A stretch of 64,000 bases of DNA from Octopus sinensis. Lineage: Eukaryota. The stretch's first letter is position 1, and each line of letters begins with the position of its first letter. Shown here one piece after another: positions 37,878-53,342 of the stretch. Location: the NCBI RefSeq assembly GCF_006345805.1, contig NC_043012.1, forward strand, positions 55,676,001-55,740,000. The letters run 5' to 3'. A program made the translations under genes and the position numbers. The notes beneath the pieces were generated by a model. That model was given only the letters and a program-made list of their open reading frames with translations. It searched no databases and was not told the origin of the DNA.

Positions 37878-40083
37878 ATATATTATGTGTGTATATGTAT
37901 ATATATGGAGGTGGATGAACAGCAATTGTAACGAGTATAGAAAGATGAAACCCCAGTATTTCATCGTTTCTATCATTCCATCACCACCTTAATAATGATA
38001 ATACTAATTTTAGCACAAGGCCAGGAATTTTGAAAGGAAGGAGGCAAGTGAATTTATTTTGAGTGCAGTACTTGGATGGTGGCAGAAATGTTAGCACACC
38101 GGGCGAAATGCTTTGCGGTATTTCGTCTGCCGTTACGTTGTGAGTTCAAATTCCGCCGAGGTCGACTTTGCCTCCTCATCCTTTCGGGGTTGATTAAATA
38201 AGTACCAGTTACGCACTGGGGTCGATGTAATCGACTTAATACCTATGTCTGTCCTTGTTTGTCCCCTCTATGTTTAGCCCCTTGTGGGTAATAAAGAAAT
38301 AGGTATTTATTTTATGAACCCCAGAGCGATGAAAGGCAAAGCTGACCAAAGGAGAATTTGAATTCAGAACGTTAAGGAGTCAGAAGAAATGCCATGCGCT
38401 AACAATTCCACCAGCTTGCTACCTGAATGATAATTCTTTCTAATTCTAGTACAAGGCCAGGAATTTTGAGAGGAGGAAGGTTGTTTGCCAACTTCAATAT
38501 TTGATGGGTGCTTATTTTATCTTCCCTGGTGGAATTTGAACTTGGAACATGAGTCAGTAACAATTCTGTCAGCATACCACATCCGTGCAGGTGGCTTGTA
38601 AAAAGCACCATTCAAGCGTGATCGTTACCAGCGTCGCCTTACTGGCACTTGTGCTGGTGGCACGTGTAAAAACATTTGAGCGAGGCCGTTGCCAGTAGCA
38701 CCTGACAGGCCCTTGTGCCGGCAGCACATAAAACCACCCGCTACACTCTCAGAGTGGTTGGTGTTAGGAAGGGCATCCAGCTGTAGAAACTGCCAGATCA
38801 GATTGGAGCCTGGTGCAGCCATCTGGTTTGCCAGTCCTCAGTCAAACCGTCCAACCCATGCTAGCATGGAAAGCGGACGTTAAACGATGATGATGATAAT
38901 GTACATGTGACTGAAGCTTTATGGGTAAATGCTACAACCACTTACTGCTTTCAGAATGAAATCAGAATGGCTAGACACATGACATTTATTTTCAGGAAGA
39001 CGAAAATAAAAGGGCAAAATAAATTGAAGATTTAGTAAAACTGGCTGAACAGACACAGAAACACACATTCAATGGAAGAATTACATAAATATGGGTAGGC
39101 ATACACAGAGTGGCTTAAACTTAGTAGAATGAAACACATTCAGGAATAAACCGTTAAGACTACTCGTCCTGCCAACATCAATGAACAAAGCAGATCCAGA
39201 CCCACCTTGAATATACAATACTGGGCAGAAAGGTCAACGAGCGTTTAAGTTGAATAATGAAGTTATAAAAATTCATGTGTAAAATGTTCACAGCAAAAAA
39301 AATTAAAAAAAAAAAAAAAAAAGCCTAGCATGTGAATGGCATGTATGGCAGGGTAAATGTAAATTTCAAATCAGTTGCTTTTAAAATTGCTATTTTTACA
39401 TACATTTGAGGTTTAGTTTCCCCTCATAAATGCATGCACATGCAGCACACACGCCATTTGATAATGAATGCATCAGAAGTCCTCAATAGTCATAACACTT
39501 AAAGCAGGAATTAGATTAGTTTTTATAGGAAATGAATTGGTAGGCATTGGCTAAGAAATACACTTTGCAACTATGAAGTCCCAGTTTCAATCCTACTATA
39601 TGGCACAATGAGCAAATGACTTCAAGCTCTTTTATCTTTTACTTGTTTCAGTCATTAGACTGAGGCCATGCTGGTGCACCATCTTGAGGAATTTTAATTG
39701 AATCAATCCCCTGCGCTGTGGAGTCAGAGACAATTGAGGGGTAGCTGGAGTCAGAGTCAGTAAAACTATACCAACCGACTCCGACTCACAATGTCTTTAT
39801 TCTTTAATATAAACCAGTTATAACATATAGGCCTACTCAATGTACAAGCGTATTCATATGCCTTGAGGTATGTAGACCACAATCAATTATATAAAGAGGA
39901 GTCAGAGGTGCCCGTAGTACAGGAATCAGAGTCAAAGTTTTTTGTTTCGATTCCACAGCCCTGTCGACCACTGCTCTACTTTTTTAAGCCTAGTACTTCT
40001 AATTGGTCTCTTTTGCTGAACAGCTAAGTTACATGGACGTAAACACTCCAACAACAGTTGTCAAGCAGTGGTGGGGTATATAA

Positions 40084-40119
<36 letters not shown>

Positions 40120-43100
40120 TGAGAGAAAGAAATAGCAAGAACTATTATATAAAAACACTGAGCATGTTGAGTAAGCAATTTAAAAAACAAAACAGAAAGT
40201 GGATAACATTTCCAAGATGCTCTGGTTAAAATGGTATTGATGTTGCTGCATATTGTAAATTAAGACAATCTAGATAGAACTCAAGTATTATTGGAATTTA
40301 ATACTTTCCTCCACTGTCACCAACATAGTTACTCTCTCACCAGAAAGAATGTAATTCATTTCAAACAACTGAAACTATTTTTGTGGCGCCATTAATGGCA
40401 CCAAACCAAGAAACCTAAATGCAGTAACATTTTGGTTTGAGTTTCTGTCTGCTAACTTTATCTGTCTTATCACTTTTATGTGGTTGCACAATCTGTCAGA
40501 AACAGCAACCGAATATCCCTCAAGTCACTGTCATTAAAAAGTTAGTCGCATTAGAAAATATAAGGTTTACATAAAAAGGCAAAATGATTATGGCTGGAAC
40601 TGGGACCTCCAAGAAAATCTTGGCAAAGCAGAACGAAACTGTTTTCAAACTCTTTTCCTCTTGAGTTGATTAATCCTTTTTTAATACCATTCTGCTTGAG
40701 GCTGATCATACTAAAGTGGCCGTACCTTATAACTCAAATAATGCAAAGTTTCTGCTGATCAGTAGCTCTTTTATCCAGAACTCAAATAACCAGAACTTGT
40801 CAAGCAACCAGTACCCAGAAAGAATTTTTGAAAAATGTGTTAGTGTTGTGCTAATTTGTGTTAATGAAATTGTCAACCAAAAAATGTCTTGCCTTGTAAT
40901 GACAGACACACTCTTGTTTTCCCATCCTTGACTCAGAACACCAAGGATATGACAACAGGAGAGAGAGGTGGGGGACTGCATCAGCATTCACTTGGTAGCT
41001 TGCAAGATATGTTTTGGAGCTTTGCAGTTGAGCAGACAGAAGTGATAGGAAACAAAATTTCTTGTACCAGAGACCAGTGTACGGCCCAGTTTGAGAAATG
41101 AACTTGCTACCTTATGCCGCACCCATGCGTACATACGACAGTGGAATTTCTTGAATGCAATGCATGCCTAAGATATATAAATGAATGCAGCTAACATATC
41201 AGATTTTTATATAAATCTTACATTTTTATGAGAGACAGCTGGAAAGATGGTACATACAAGCTATATGTACCTTCTTTCAAATATATGGTTTTAATCTTTA
41301 GCATTAACATTCTGTGGCTTTAAGTACAAAGAGTTGGCCCTGATATTTCATGTGTGTGTGTGTGTGTGTGTGTGTGTTGAGGGGGGAAATGTATAGAAGT
41401 GATTCAAGTAGAAGTTAACAGTTTCACTATTATGAATAAGTACTTGAGAAAGAAAACGAACAAGAAAGAAATGTCTAGCATAGGTGTGGTCAGTTTTTAG
41501 ATTACAGCACAACCTTAAACAATTTCAGTGAATATAATTGCCAGCATAGACAGCGCACACAAAGACGTACTTAAACACCTACACAAGTACACCTACACAC
41601 AAAATTATAATGATGTTTCTGGGTTTCATAAGAAAGCAAAATAAAATATATAAGAAAAAAAAAAAGAGAAGCAATGAACATTCTGAAGTTTAAAACTTGA
41701 AAGAATAACTTTCTTTTAGCTGTGTTGACATTCATCTCTCTCGGCGCTGGTATGGGTGGAAGAAAATGTTTTGCTAGTGCAATTGTGCATATTGTTTTGA
41801 CAGCTGTTTGACCGTCCTACTACAAATCATTTTGTTGAGAGACATAATCAGAACTTGTCTGTCAGAAAAGTAAAACTGAGGCAGTGTTGTTGCTAGTGCT
41901 TAGATCTATAATCAAAAAAGAATTCCACCCATGGAAATACCTTTAAGGGTATGCAGTGTATGAGCTAAACATATCTTGCAAGCTACATTGCAGTCCACTC
42001 ATCCAAAAGGTCAGTGACTGAGTAAGAATGGTAACAATATAGAGGGGAGGGTGTCTCTTTTGTCTGGCCTGCACTGGACATATAACATCTAATGCTAGGG
42101 GTACAAATAAAATTTACCCATTCATAAATACAATACACACAAAAAAATTTTTTTAATGGAATGTCGGAGTAGCTGTGTGGTAAGTAGCTTGCTTACGAAC
42201 CACATGGTTCCGGGTTCAGTCCCACTGCGTGACACCTTGGGCTAGTGTAGCCTCAGGCCGACGAAAGCCTTTTGAGTGGATTTGGTAGACAGAAACTGAA
42301 ATAAGCCCGTCGTATTTATGTATATGTATGTATATGTTTGTGTTTCTGTGTTTGTCCCCACCAACATCGCTTGACAACCAATGCTGGTGTGCTTACGTCC
42401 ACGTAACTTAGCGGCTCGGCAAAAGTGACCTGGGATCGATTTGCTCGACTAAAGGCGGTGCTCCAGCATGGCCGCAGTCAAATGATTGAAACAAGTAAAA
42501 GAGTAAGCCATGGACTCTGCAAGCTACATTGCAGGCCAACAATCTAAGAGGGCAGTAACTCCAAATAAGAACCAGCAGACTGCGACAACCATCCAACCCA
42601 TGGCAGCATAGAAGAATGAATGAATATGGTAACGCATCGTATAAGATGTTCTTTAAGAATGTAGGATGTGACGAGAGCAAATTGGCTGCTATTTCACAAG
42701 AAGGTAGTTCACATAAAAGCGCTAAAGTTTTCAAAACCACAAGGAACTGAGATTCAAGATTGTGAATATTACAGGTCCCTGAAGGACTAAGGCTCCCTTA
42801 ACTGTTTTACAAAGCTATTGAAATCTGTCTTTGAAATAGAATGGTTTTAAAGATATGCCAATAGTTTGGTTTTACAATATATAAGAATAATCAAGCACAT
42901 AACTGGAAAAAATATCACAAAGCCATTTATTTACAGTAAGTAATACCATGGATCAAGTCTCAGAGCCCCAAAGTTTGGTGCTCATTCCCACGGGGTGGAG
43001 GCAGAGCTGTTTTAAGGTATAGGTTCACTGGGCAGTTATCCAGAAGCCTCTCAGATCTAGAGAGGACCAATTCTGATCTGTATGCTGTGATTTACTGTCA

Positions 43101-46100
43101 ATAAATAAAGCCCAATGCATTGATTTGCCTGGGGGCCTATAAAGCTAAGATGGCCTCAGATGGAGGGATATCTTCACTAGTTGAGAATTTTTCCATAAAG
43201 GTTCTTTTATTAACTCATGCAAATGGTAAGTATGTGATGTATGATATACCCTACTAGGTCTCTGGCTGGAATCACCTAACACCATTTACTTGGCTCATGC
43301 TAAAAAAATAAATAAAAACTAATTTTCCTTGGTCTCCAAAATAGTGCTGGTTTGTACAGTAAAAAATAGTATAAACATATTAACATAAGTGGTAGTATAT
43401 TATAAAATTTTTAGCTGATTACAAAGTTATTTGGATTTGATAGGAAGCAGATGATAAAATGAAAGATGAATTAATATTTTCTGTACGCACATTATATATA
43501 TATATATATATATATATATAGATATAGATATATATATATATTAATATCCACATGAGGGATATATTAAATAGTCCATATTTTTTGCATAAAAAAAAAACAT
43601 GGAAGCCAAAAGGAATGTTTCTAAACCAGTTTCTTAAAGCTAGCTAATATATACTAAATACTAGCAAGAATTTAGAGTTTCCAAAATGTCGAAAATATCA
43701 AATACCACAGAAGTATTGCAAATATATATATATAATAAATTACATCAAATCAAATTTCAGGGGAAAAGGCAGAAAAAAAAGCAAAAATAAAAGAACTATA
43801 AAATATATATTTACATATTTTTTTATACAATATTTAGTATTTTGATGTTTGTTTGGTATATATTTTAAATAGGATTAAAATTTATAGCCACAGAAGTATT
43901 AGCAATCAAAGAAGAAAAATAATTAAATTAAAACAAAACTTCAGTACATGATTTTCCATCCAGCCCCTGGGAGCAAGGAAAAACAGTCGAAATGATGACA
44001 ATATGGCTGTCTCGGCTTTAAAGCGATTACACACCCTGCTGACATACTGCTACCACCTCCATGCAAACTCACAGTCAATGACCAGCCAAACTCATTCATA
44101 GTCTCAACACAAGAAGACTGCTTTTTCAATAATCTAAGAATCTTTTTTTTTTGCAGTACACAAACAGAAGTCTTATCCCCCTCAACACATACTTGTCTTT
44201 ATTGGAGCATGCGATCAGGAGTTCTCTGTACATAGAAAAAAAAATATGTGTTGATCATGGCTCGCATAACCTTGCTAATAGGTTTGCTCAATCAGTACTA
44301 ACACAAGACAAAAGCTATATCTATACTGACTCGTGTCAAAGCTGCTAACAAGGAGGACCTCAATGTGGACACTTGAAATGGCTGGAAATAATAACCAAAT
44401 ATCAGAAGAAAAAATCTAGGTCTATAAAGAGACCAATATACTAAGTAAATACCAGACTTAAAAATGAGTGCTGGTGTAAATTTGTTTGACTCAAGACTAC
44501 AAGGCGTTGCCCCAATATGGACATTAGTTCAACAACTGAAACATGATAATGTTAGAGATAAAAGATACTACTTATACAAGATTCACTGGACTGTCAACTC
44601 AATCAGAGCTGAACTTAGATTAAGTTCTGAGGATGAAGGAAAAAAAAAAAAGCCCAAAATATTTCCCAATGCCTGTTAGTCAAAGATTGCTATCACAAAT
44701 CAATGATGAGTGTCCAGCTCTATTGGAGTTAAACACTTCCAGCTCACAGGATTTACAAGTTAAGCTATCTATGCTAACAGCTGTTACAATTAAGACAACC
44801 ATCGGAAAGTATACAAAAAAAACAAAATTTCAAAAAAAGAAAGAATTTATCAAAACATCAAGTAAATCATTAGCAAGATTTTTACACTTTATGAATCCCT
44901 AAAATGGATAAATTAGTATAGAATTAATTTCTTAACTCAAAAGGAGTCAGAATTTTTTTTTTTTAAGGTTGAAAATTTAATGCTAAATATAGAAGATTGC
45001 TGATGGTGCCACATAAAAAGTACCCAGTACACTCTGCATAATGGTTGACATTAGGAAGTGTGTCCAGCTGTAGAAACTATGCCAAAACAGATTATGGAAC
45101 CTGATGCAGCCCCTGGCTTTGCCAGTTCCTGTCAAGGTGTCCAAACCCATGCAAGAATGGAAAATGGACATAAAATGATAATTAGATACAGGTACAGGCA
45201 TTTCTATATGGAAGTATGAATGGGTGGTTTATTTCACAACCAAGTAGTTTGGGGTTTGGTCCCACTGTGTGGAATCTTGTCAAGTCTCTTAATAACCCCA
45301 GGTTGACTAATCCCTTGAGGGAAATTTGGTCAATGGAAACTGTACAGAAGCCTTTTATGTATCATATCTTACTTGTTTGACTCATTTTCCATGCTGGCCA
45401 CAGAGCTGCATCAGGCTTCAATATCAGCTTTGGCATAGTTTCTACAGCTGAACACTCTTCCTAATGCCAACCACTTTACAGTGGATAAAAATTAAAAGCA
45501 GGACATTTTAAAAATAAAGCTTTTAGGCTTACTGTCTTAGTTTTCTTAGACACAGAAAACAAAAACAATGACACTTGGAGAAGTTACCTACGACAGACTA
45601 GGATTCTATCCTGGAGAGAATTCAGCTTCTGTCTACTTACCCCCAAGATCATTTCTGGTTCTATAGTACGAACTTCCTCTTTAAAAAAAAAGACAAATTA
45701 AAATTTTCCATCAAGAGTCTGTGTTAATTTATATTCCAAAACACCAGTTTAATTGTGACTTATTTTACTAAATTCTTTATTACATTCAAAATTGATCGAA
45801 ATAAAAGCAATGTGTTCCAACAGAAATAAGGTAACAAAAGAATTAATAGAACTAAGCAACAGCTTTGTAGTAACTCTCTAGATATAAGAGACATTATTAT
45901 TACTATCATTAAGGTGAAGATTTGGCAAAATTGTTAGCACCCCAGATAAACTACTTAGTGGAATTTAGGCTGTCTTTACACTGAGTTCATATTCTGCCAA
46001 GGTGGACTTTGCCTTTCAGAGTTGATAAAATAAGTACCAGCTGAGCACTAAGGTTGATCTAATTAACTTATCCCCTCCTCCGAATTTGCTGGCTTTATGC

Positions 46101-49100
46101 GAAAATTTAAAACCATTAGTATTATTATTGTTGTTTCAAAGACTAAAATATTAGGAAACTAGTTTTCCACTCTGAACTCTTAAAAGACTCTCCAATTCAA
46201 CAACTAGGATTGGTTGGAATGTATTTCAGAAATTAAGACAATTCCCATACTATCATCAAATATGTAACAGACAATTACTTGGTTGTGCCTGCCTTGCTCA
46301 GCAAGTGTCAATCTCCTGAAAGACGTCACTCAACATCTCCAAATAAAGTTACACAATTCGGCTCTAAATACAGTTGTTCAAAGCCATACTGTATACTTAG
46401 ATAAGATACAATTTTCATTAATTTTCCACACATTGCTTACATCCTAATTATAGTTTGTTTTCGGTTTTTGTTTTGTCTGTTTTTAACCTTAGGATATCTC
46501 TATGTGGTCTATGATTAAAAGCATTTGAGCCATAATCACTTATTCAGATAAATATCTAAGATCATACTAACCAATGTATCTTACCATCTTTTAAGACTGT
46601 GGGGTTTGATAGGAGAGGATTTAACTGACAGTTCAAGCATAGGTCAAGATGATATTAGTAATGTAGCAACAAAGCCTCATATTTAAAAGATGTGAAGAAT
46701 GAGATATCTATTTGCTTCCTTCTATGAAGCCTCAACTCTTGATGTAATCATAAGGGAACCATCATTTCATACGTATCTTAGGGATATAAACCTGTCTAAC
46801 AATCTCTCTCTGCTGATTTCCCTCTCTCTCTCTCTGAGGGATGAAGAGAGAGAGAGAGAGAGTATTTCTTTATTCACCATAAGGTTGAGAAAAAGAGGGG
46901 AGAAAACAAACGTTGGGGTCAGGGTATCGAATGAGACGAGAGAGCAGTCAGTCAGGTGATGCTCAGTACAAGATATCTATATGATTGTAATGAAGATAAT
47001 AACATCTAAGGTTCGTTAACTGGTTTACATATTTTTATAGAAATAATTTCATCACTAATTAATAAACAAGAATGACAGATAGGATAGGCCCGTCTAGGCT
47101 AAGCATAGGATATAGCATGGGTTAGGTTTAATTGATGCATCTTTAAAAAGTAGTTTTTATTGTTTCCTACAAACAAAGTTAATATTGTTTGTTTCATTAT
47201 GAATGGAATAGAGAAATAATAGCATCACAAACATGAATGACCAACAGGATAACAATGCGAGTTATTAAGAAGTCTGAAAATTCAGCATTGTTTAAAGCAT
47301 CAAGATCTTAAGACTTATTTAACTGCTCAACCAAGAAGCAGGGAGATTTATATCAGCCAGCCTAAAAAAAAAAAAAATTGTGCAGGGGGTTAAAATAGAA
47401 TAAAAATTAACAGATGCCATTGGCTTCTCTAACTTTGAGCAGAGTGTTTAACTCTGGAGGTTTTAATTTGTTTTTTTACTCTTGGGAATAAGTAACAGAT
47501 CTTCAGGAAATGTAGCTTGTATACATAGATAAGTTGGTAGTTTTTGGTCCAGAAAATTATTTTGTCAGTCAAAAATGCAGAGCACATAACCTTTTACAGG
47601 GCCTCCAAAACTCATCAGGAGGAAGGAATAAGGTGTTGCCAAACCAAAGGCTCGGTCCAAATGAATGCAATAGAGCAAACTCCAGCAAAAACCACCCAAA
47701 GTACCTGGCGATGGGGGTATTTAACCAAGTGACAGATTAAGTAGGCCACAGTAGGATTAGAACTCAAACAATGAAAAGCTTCAATAAATAAGGCAAAAAT
47801 TTCCAACCAATGCTCTAACTACTACCATAATAATAGTAAATATATAAATTTACTGAACAGGAAAGATAAATAATTCAAATAGGTCATTAATGATTGAACA
47901 GATAAAACAATAGAATTAAATTGATTTATCCATTTCAACATCTAGTTAAACTCAGGATAATCACAATTATTGTATATGAAATTTGTCAAAACCTTAGAAG
48001 ACTAATGACTTTAAAATATAAAGAAAATGGTTCGTAATAATATATATCAGACATACTTGACAAGGTAAACAAGAGCAGCTTATAAAACATATGGCATACG
48101 TTTAGTTGAGTTTTAGTGTTTGTTTATTTAAATAAAAATACAGAAGATGTGAAAAAGAAAAACAATAATGTAGACAACTTATTTCACACGTCTCTCTTTT
48201 TCTGTGAATATTATATAATGTTATGAACTGCAACTACCAATCCTTGGTGTGTAGGTGGCTCTAGTAAGCTTTATAAAGCTATGGCAGTGGGGCCTCAGAT
48301 TCTTTTTTGAAATTGCAGACTATGCAAGTGGTCCCCAAAACCGTTTTGGAACACATCATACCCAATCCAGGGATAAAGAGGAACAAAAGAAATTGATCCT
48401 AGTAATCATGATTGTTACTTTTACAAGAGAATGAAAAATCAATCTCTCCTTTGCTTAGCCATCCTACCGAGACTATTTTAATAGAGAGAAAGAGCAAAAC
48501 TTCAAGCAAAATTTATAAAAACAATTTTAAAAGGAAATGCATTTGTAGATAATACACTATATATAATTTTGAATTTTGATAACATCAAAATGTAAAATTA
48601 GGTATAAAAATTCAGTTATACCACTTTCTGTAACGATAATACACGTCATTTAGCATCCATATTCCATTCTGGTATGAATTGGACATAAATCTCAATTACT
48701 AGAACCCATATGTTGATATAAATTCTAGAATTTAAAATTTTCACCCAAATGCAATGTTGGTGGTGAGTAGATAATCCTAGATTAAAAAATGATCAAAATA
48801 TTCAAACCTATCAGGTTATTTATTTAGCAGAGAGAAAAAAGATGAACTATTATTCACGAATTTTTCTTTGCCCTATATTTTATTCAATTAAAAATAAACA
48901 GCTGTTCCGCTGATACCTTTATTTTACCTGAAGTAGTTAGTTAAAACAAGGGACACGTTTCATTGATATTCCAAAGCAAAAATAAAGCGAAGTGATGGAA
49001 GGCCTCGAAGGAATTAATGAAGGTTCTAGTCAGGAGTTTGGAACATAAAATTCAAAAGCTCCAGGCTTTAGTGACAAGAACGTTTTTGGATATAATTATG

Positions 49101-52100
49101 CTGCCTCATAACTGTAGGGGTCAAAGTCAACCCCAGTACATGACAATCTTTTATCATTTACTTGTTCCAGCCAAAGAGTTGCAGCCATGCTGGAGCACTG
49201 CCTTTAAAGAGTTTTAGTTGAACAAATTGACCCTAGTATTTTTAAGACTGATACTTTTGGCCTCTTAAGCCAAACTGCTAAGTTATGAACACATAAACCA
49301 ACATTGGTTGCCAAGCATGGGGACAAAAACACAATAGATTTCCATTTTTCAGATTTAATCACAAGCCATTGGTTGGCCTAGTGAAGGATTTGTCCAAGAG
49401 ACTGAACCCAATTACATAGCCATACCTGGTGTTCACTATTTGGAACAAGGATGGACAAGCAGCAAGGATTTGAACTCATTGCAATATTAAATCCAACTAC
49501 AGTAACTGCATAAATCACCCTGCTAGACCTATACTTAAATGGAATTCCACATGTGACCATCCCCGTCGGTGTTCTTGAGCATACATTAAGGATTACCTTA
49601 TCTAATTATATTTCTGTTTTTAAGATGGTAGGATGTAACTTGAGGGATTTTTGACAGCTATTTCTAGCAAGTTGAGTAGCCACATAGGGGCATCTCTCCA
49701 AAGGGGCTTATTTCTTACAACTGATATTAAAAACAGTGATAAAGTAACAGGAACTGTTTAGAAGTACTTAAAGTTTTAATGAATTTTGTACACACCAAAA
49801 GGAAATGTTCCATGCAGCCGGTTTTAAATGATAAAACAAGGTTTTAAGTTTACAAAACAAAAACATTTTTGGATATTGGTTAATAACAGGAGAAACAAGA
49901 GGATAAGAGAATGGAAGTTCAGTCCAGAATATACAACTGGATTCAGTTATTAAAAAGAAAGTTTAAGTTGAAGATATAAAAAGATGTGAAAATATATTTC
50001 TAACTGTAAATTTCAAGACTTTTGAATAAGTCTAGAACAGTTATTTCTAAAATTGAGTGAAAAACAAGAATGAAGGGTAGGAGTAGAATATCGAGTTAGA
50101 ATACTGCTGTCTCCTCCCACAACTCTATACAGGCATAGCTGGAACCAAAAGGTCAAGGTTTGACCTTGACAAGCAGTTCTTTAGATAAAGTCAGCTGGAA
50201 AACAGGAATGAGACTCACAGCAAGCAGGAGTGTCATTCAAAAGACATTTTTTTTTTCTTTATTACTGCCACAAGGGTGCCAGATGAAAGGGCATCACAAG
50301 GGTAGGTTATTAAGAGCATTGAGGGTTTGTACAGAATTCAAATGTATGAAAGAAAAATGGTTTGTTGCAGTTTAGAAATATATATGCTGAAGTTTTAAGA
50401 GATGGTTCGCCTCATTGGACTACTGAAGGACCACAAAGATCAAGGATTATACTAAATAACAAAGTGTCCTTCCCAAGCCTACTGGTACATGCCGAAAATA
50501 GTACCAATCTCTCAAGCTACCATTCAACAACTATACTGGGACAGCTTTTCCCTCTTCGTCTTCCTCTCCAAGTGTGAGAAAAATAAAAGAATTAGAAAAT
50601 AGATGAGGACTTCATCAATGAGAGAAAAGTCTGTCCATCATAGTCTTTCTCTATAGCCACCAGACATTAGAAAGCTACCTGTTCTCCTGACAAAAAGAAG
50701 ATAGCAGAGTGATCTCCTCATCAGACTCGGCTAATAACCTATCCATCTTACACATGACAACAGCTGTTCCAAAACTGCCCAAAGCAGCAACATTCAGACA
50801 TCAAATGAGTATATGCAGAATGGTCCAAATTGGATTTGCACCTACTGATGACATTTCCGTGCCAGTAATGTTTATTGTGAATCAGCAATGTCCCTCTAAT
50901 GTTTCTAGGCCCAGTATTTCTGGAAATTATCCATAGTTCTCAAGTCAAGACGTCTTTCGAAAAAAAAAAAAAAAAGTCAGGAGATACCCTCAAAACATTA
51001 TACTTCTTCATTAACCCTCTGCAGAACTCTAATGTGGGACTACACTGCCTAGCTGGTAGAAGGCTATGAGTACGACAGCATTTCAGATAACTAGCACCAG
51101 TCTTAGTCTTTACTTGACCCAGAGTTCAAAGAGACAAGCTGAGGGTAAACATGCTTGATAAAAGACAATCACACCTGCTTGCCATGTAGATATTTTTATA
51201 TCTGTTGCAGCCTCAAAATATCTGAATAATAAAATAATTATCAGTGGAATGAGTTCTTTCTACAATAAACAAAAGAGTAGCTCTTTCAAGCTACGCAGAC
51301 AATAACAGGGGCAGAGCATCATGAAAAGGTAATCATACATCAGAAAAGAAGTGTATGTGTTTGCCACCTCTGTCCAACTTTTCAGTGAACGATCCCTCTC
51401 TACCTATCTCTGGGTGATACAGGCCAACTGGCTGATCTCACTTCCCACCTACCTGACAAATTTGAAAGAAACCACAGCTCAGGCAGCTTAATTGGTTCAT
51501 TGACCCAAATTACAGATGTGTCTCCCAGGTTCCAAGATGGAGCAATCCCAGCAACTTGTCCAGTTTAATTCCTTTAAAATGGTGCCAAGTTTTGTGTGTC
51601 TGACACTATTGGTGGTAACATTGCCTGCATATGCTGACATGGTACTCCTGCCTACCGTTCAAACCAGCTCAGCAATCAGTCCAAACAGAAGAAATGTGAT
51701 AGGACACTTGATGGACCAAGTGTATGGTTCAAAGTGCTTCCTTTTAATCTGACTACCAAGTGGATGTCTCTATACAATAATATATAATACAATATATGAT
51801 ATTCATGAGTGTTCTCTACTAAATAGCTCCTGGCATATTCCTAACCGCTTCCCCTCTCTTTTTACACACACATACAGTATAAATATAATTTGAAAAGTAG
51901 TAAGAATTTCCGAGTAGAGAACACCTACTCTATGAGAAAGTAATTATAAAATGATGACTAATAAAATTCCTGTTATTCTGATATGAGAAATAATAATTAA
52001 CAAAAAGGAGCTTAGAAAGGGGCCAATGCATTTTTTAAAGCGAGAGTTAGACGTAATTATATGTCTCCTGAAAAAAAAAATGTTGATACTTTGGTATTTA

Positions 52101-53302
52101 ATAAAACAGAATAAGCTAGACAACAGCAGGTCCATGCTTAGTACTAGCAATGCTGACCTAGATGCACCATATTATTGCCGGTTACGTCAGGATATTTATT
52201 ATGATTTGACGAGAATAAGGTTTTTTTTTAATGTCTCTTGACAAGTTGTTCAACAGAAGGGGAAAAAAAAGAAACTACCGAATTTATTAGAATATAAACT
52301 GTTAGTTTAACAAATAGTAATTATGAAAGCGATGTTAATTATAACTTAAAAAAAGCTATCAGTAGCGATTTTTTTTACAATAAATATTTAGGAAAAAAAA
52401 AGAAGGTAAATGTGATTAAGCTGACATAGGACTGTAGGATTGTCGAAATAGCAAAAGACCAGCTAGAAGTTTTTGTTTGCAACTTCCCTTTCTACTTCCA
52501 GTGAATTACTTGATAGAGGAGTGGCAGAGGCGGGACTAAGTTGTACAACACAACAAGGTCTGGTTTTTCTTTCTTTTTCTTTTTTTTTTTCTGCTTTCCG
52601 TCCCTCTATGAATCATTATCAAATTCTTTGTTAGAAAATGTGGCAGGATGAGCCATTTGTATACAAACGACTCGTACTTTTAAAAATAATTGCAGTAGTT
52701 TGTCACAGGAAAGGAACTGTGTAATATTAAACAATAGGGGGCGAGTATGCAACGATAAAAATATATCCAGAGCAACATTTTAAAAGACGAGACAAGCACG
52801 AACGGAGAGATTTAAGATTATAGTCAAGTAGTAAAGAACCTACCACCACTATCAACAACGGAAAATAAACAACTATATCCAGTACAAGTAAGCCAGACCG
52901 GGCTAACTGGTTTGTTACCGACAGGTATATTAAATAACAGGTGAATATGCAAGACAACCAGTTACCTGCCAAGTGCCACAAGTCAACACACAAGAAAACG
53001 AATAATGAGAATAAAGACAAACCACACGATTTATATATATCATACTCATAACTTATAGAATCTATCTATGAAATGTGTGTGTGTGTACCTTTTTACTTGT
53101 TTCAGTCATGTGACTGTGGCCATGCTGGAGCACCGCCTTTAGTCGAGCAAATCGATCCCAGGACTTATTCTTTGTAAGCCTAGTACTTATTCTATCAGTC
53201 TCTTTTGCCGAACCGCTAAGTTACGGAGACGTAGGCACACCAGCATCGGTTGTCAAGCGATGTTGGGGGGACAAACGCAGACACACACACACATATATAC
53301 AC

Positions 53303-53342
<40 letters not shown>

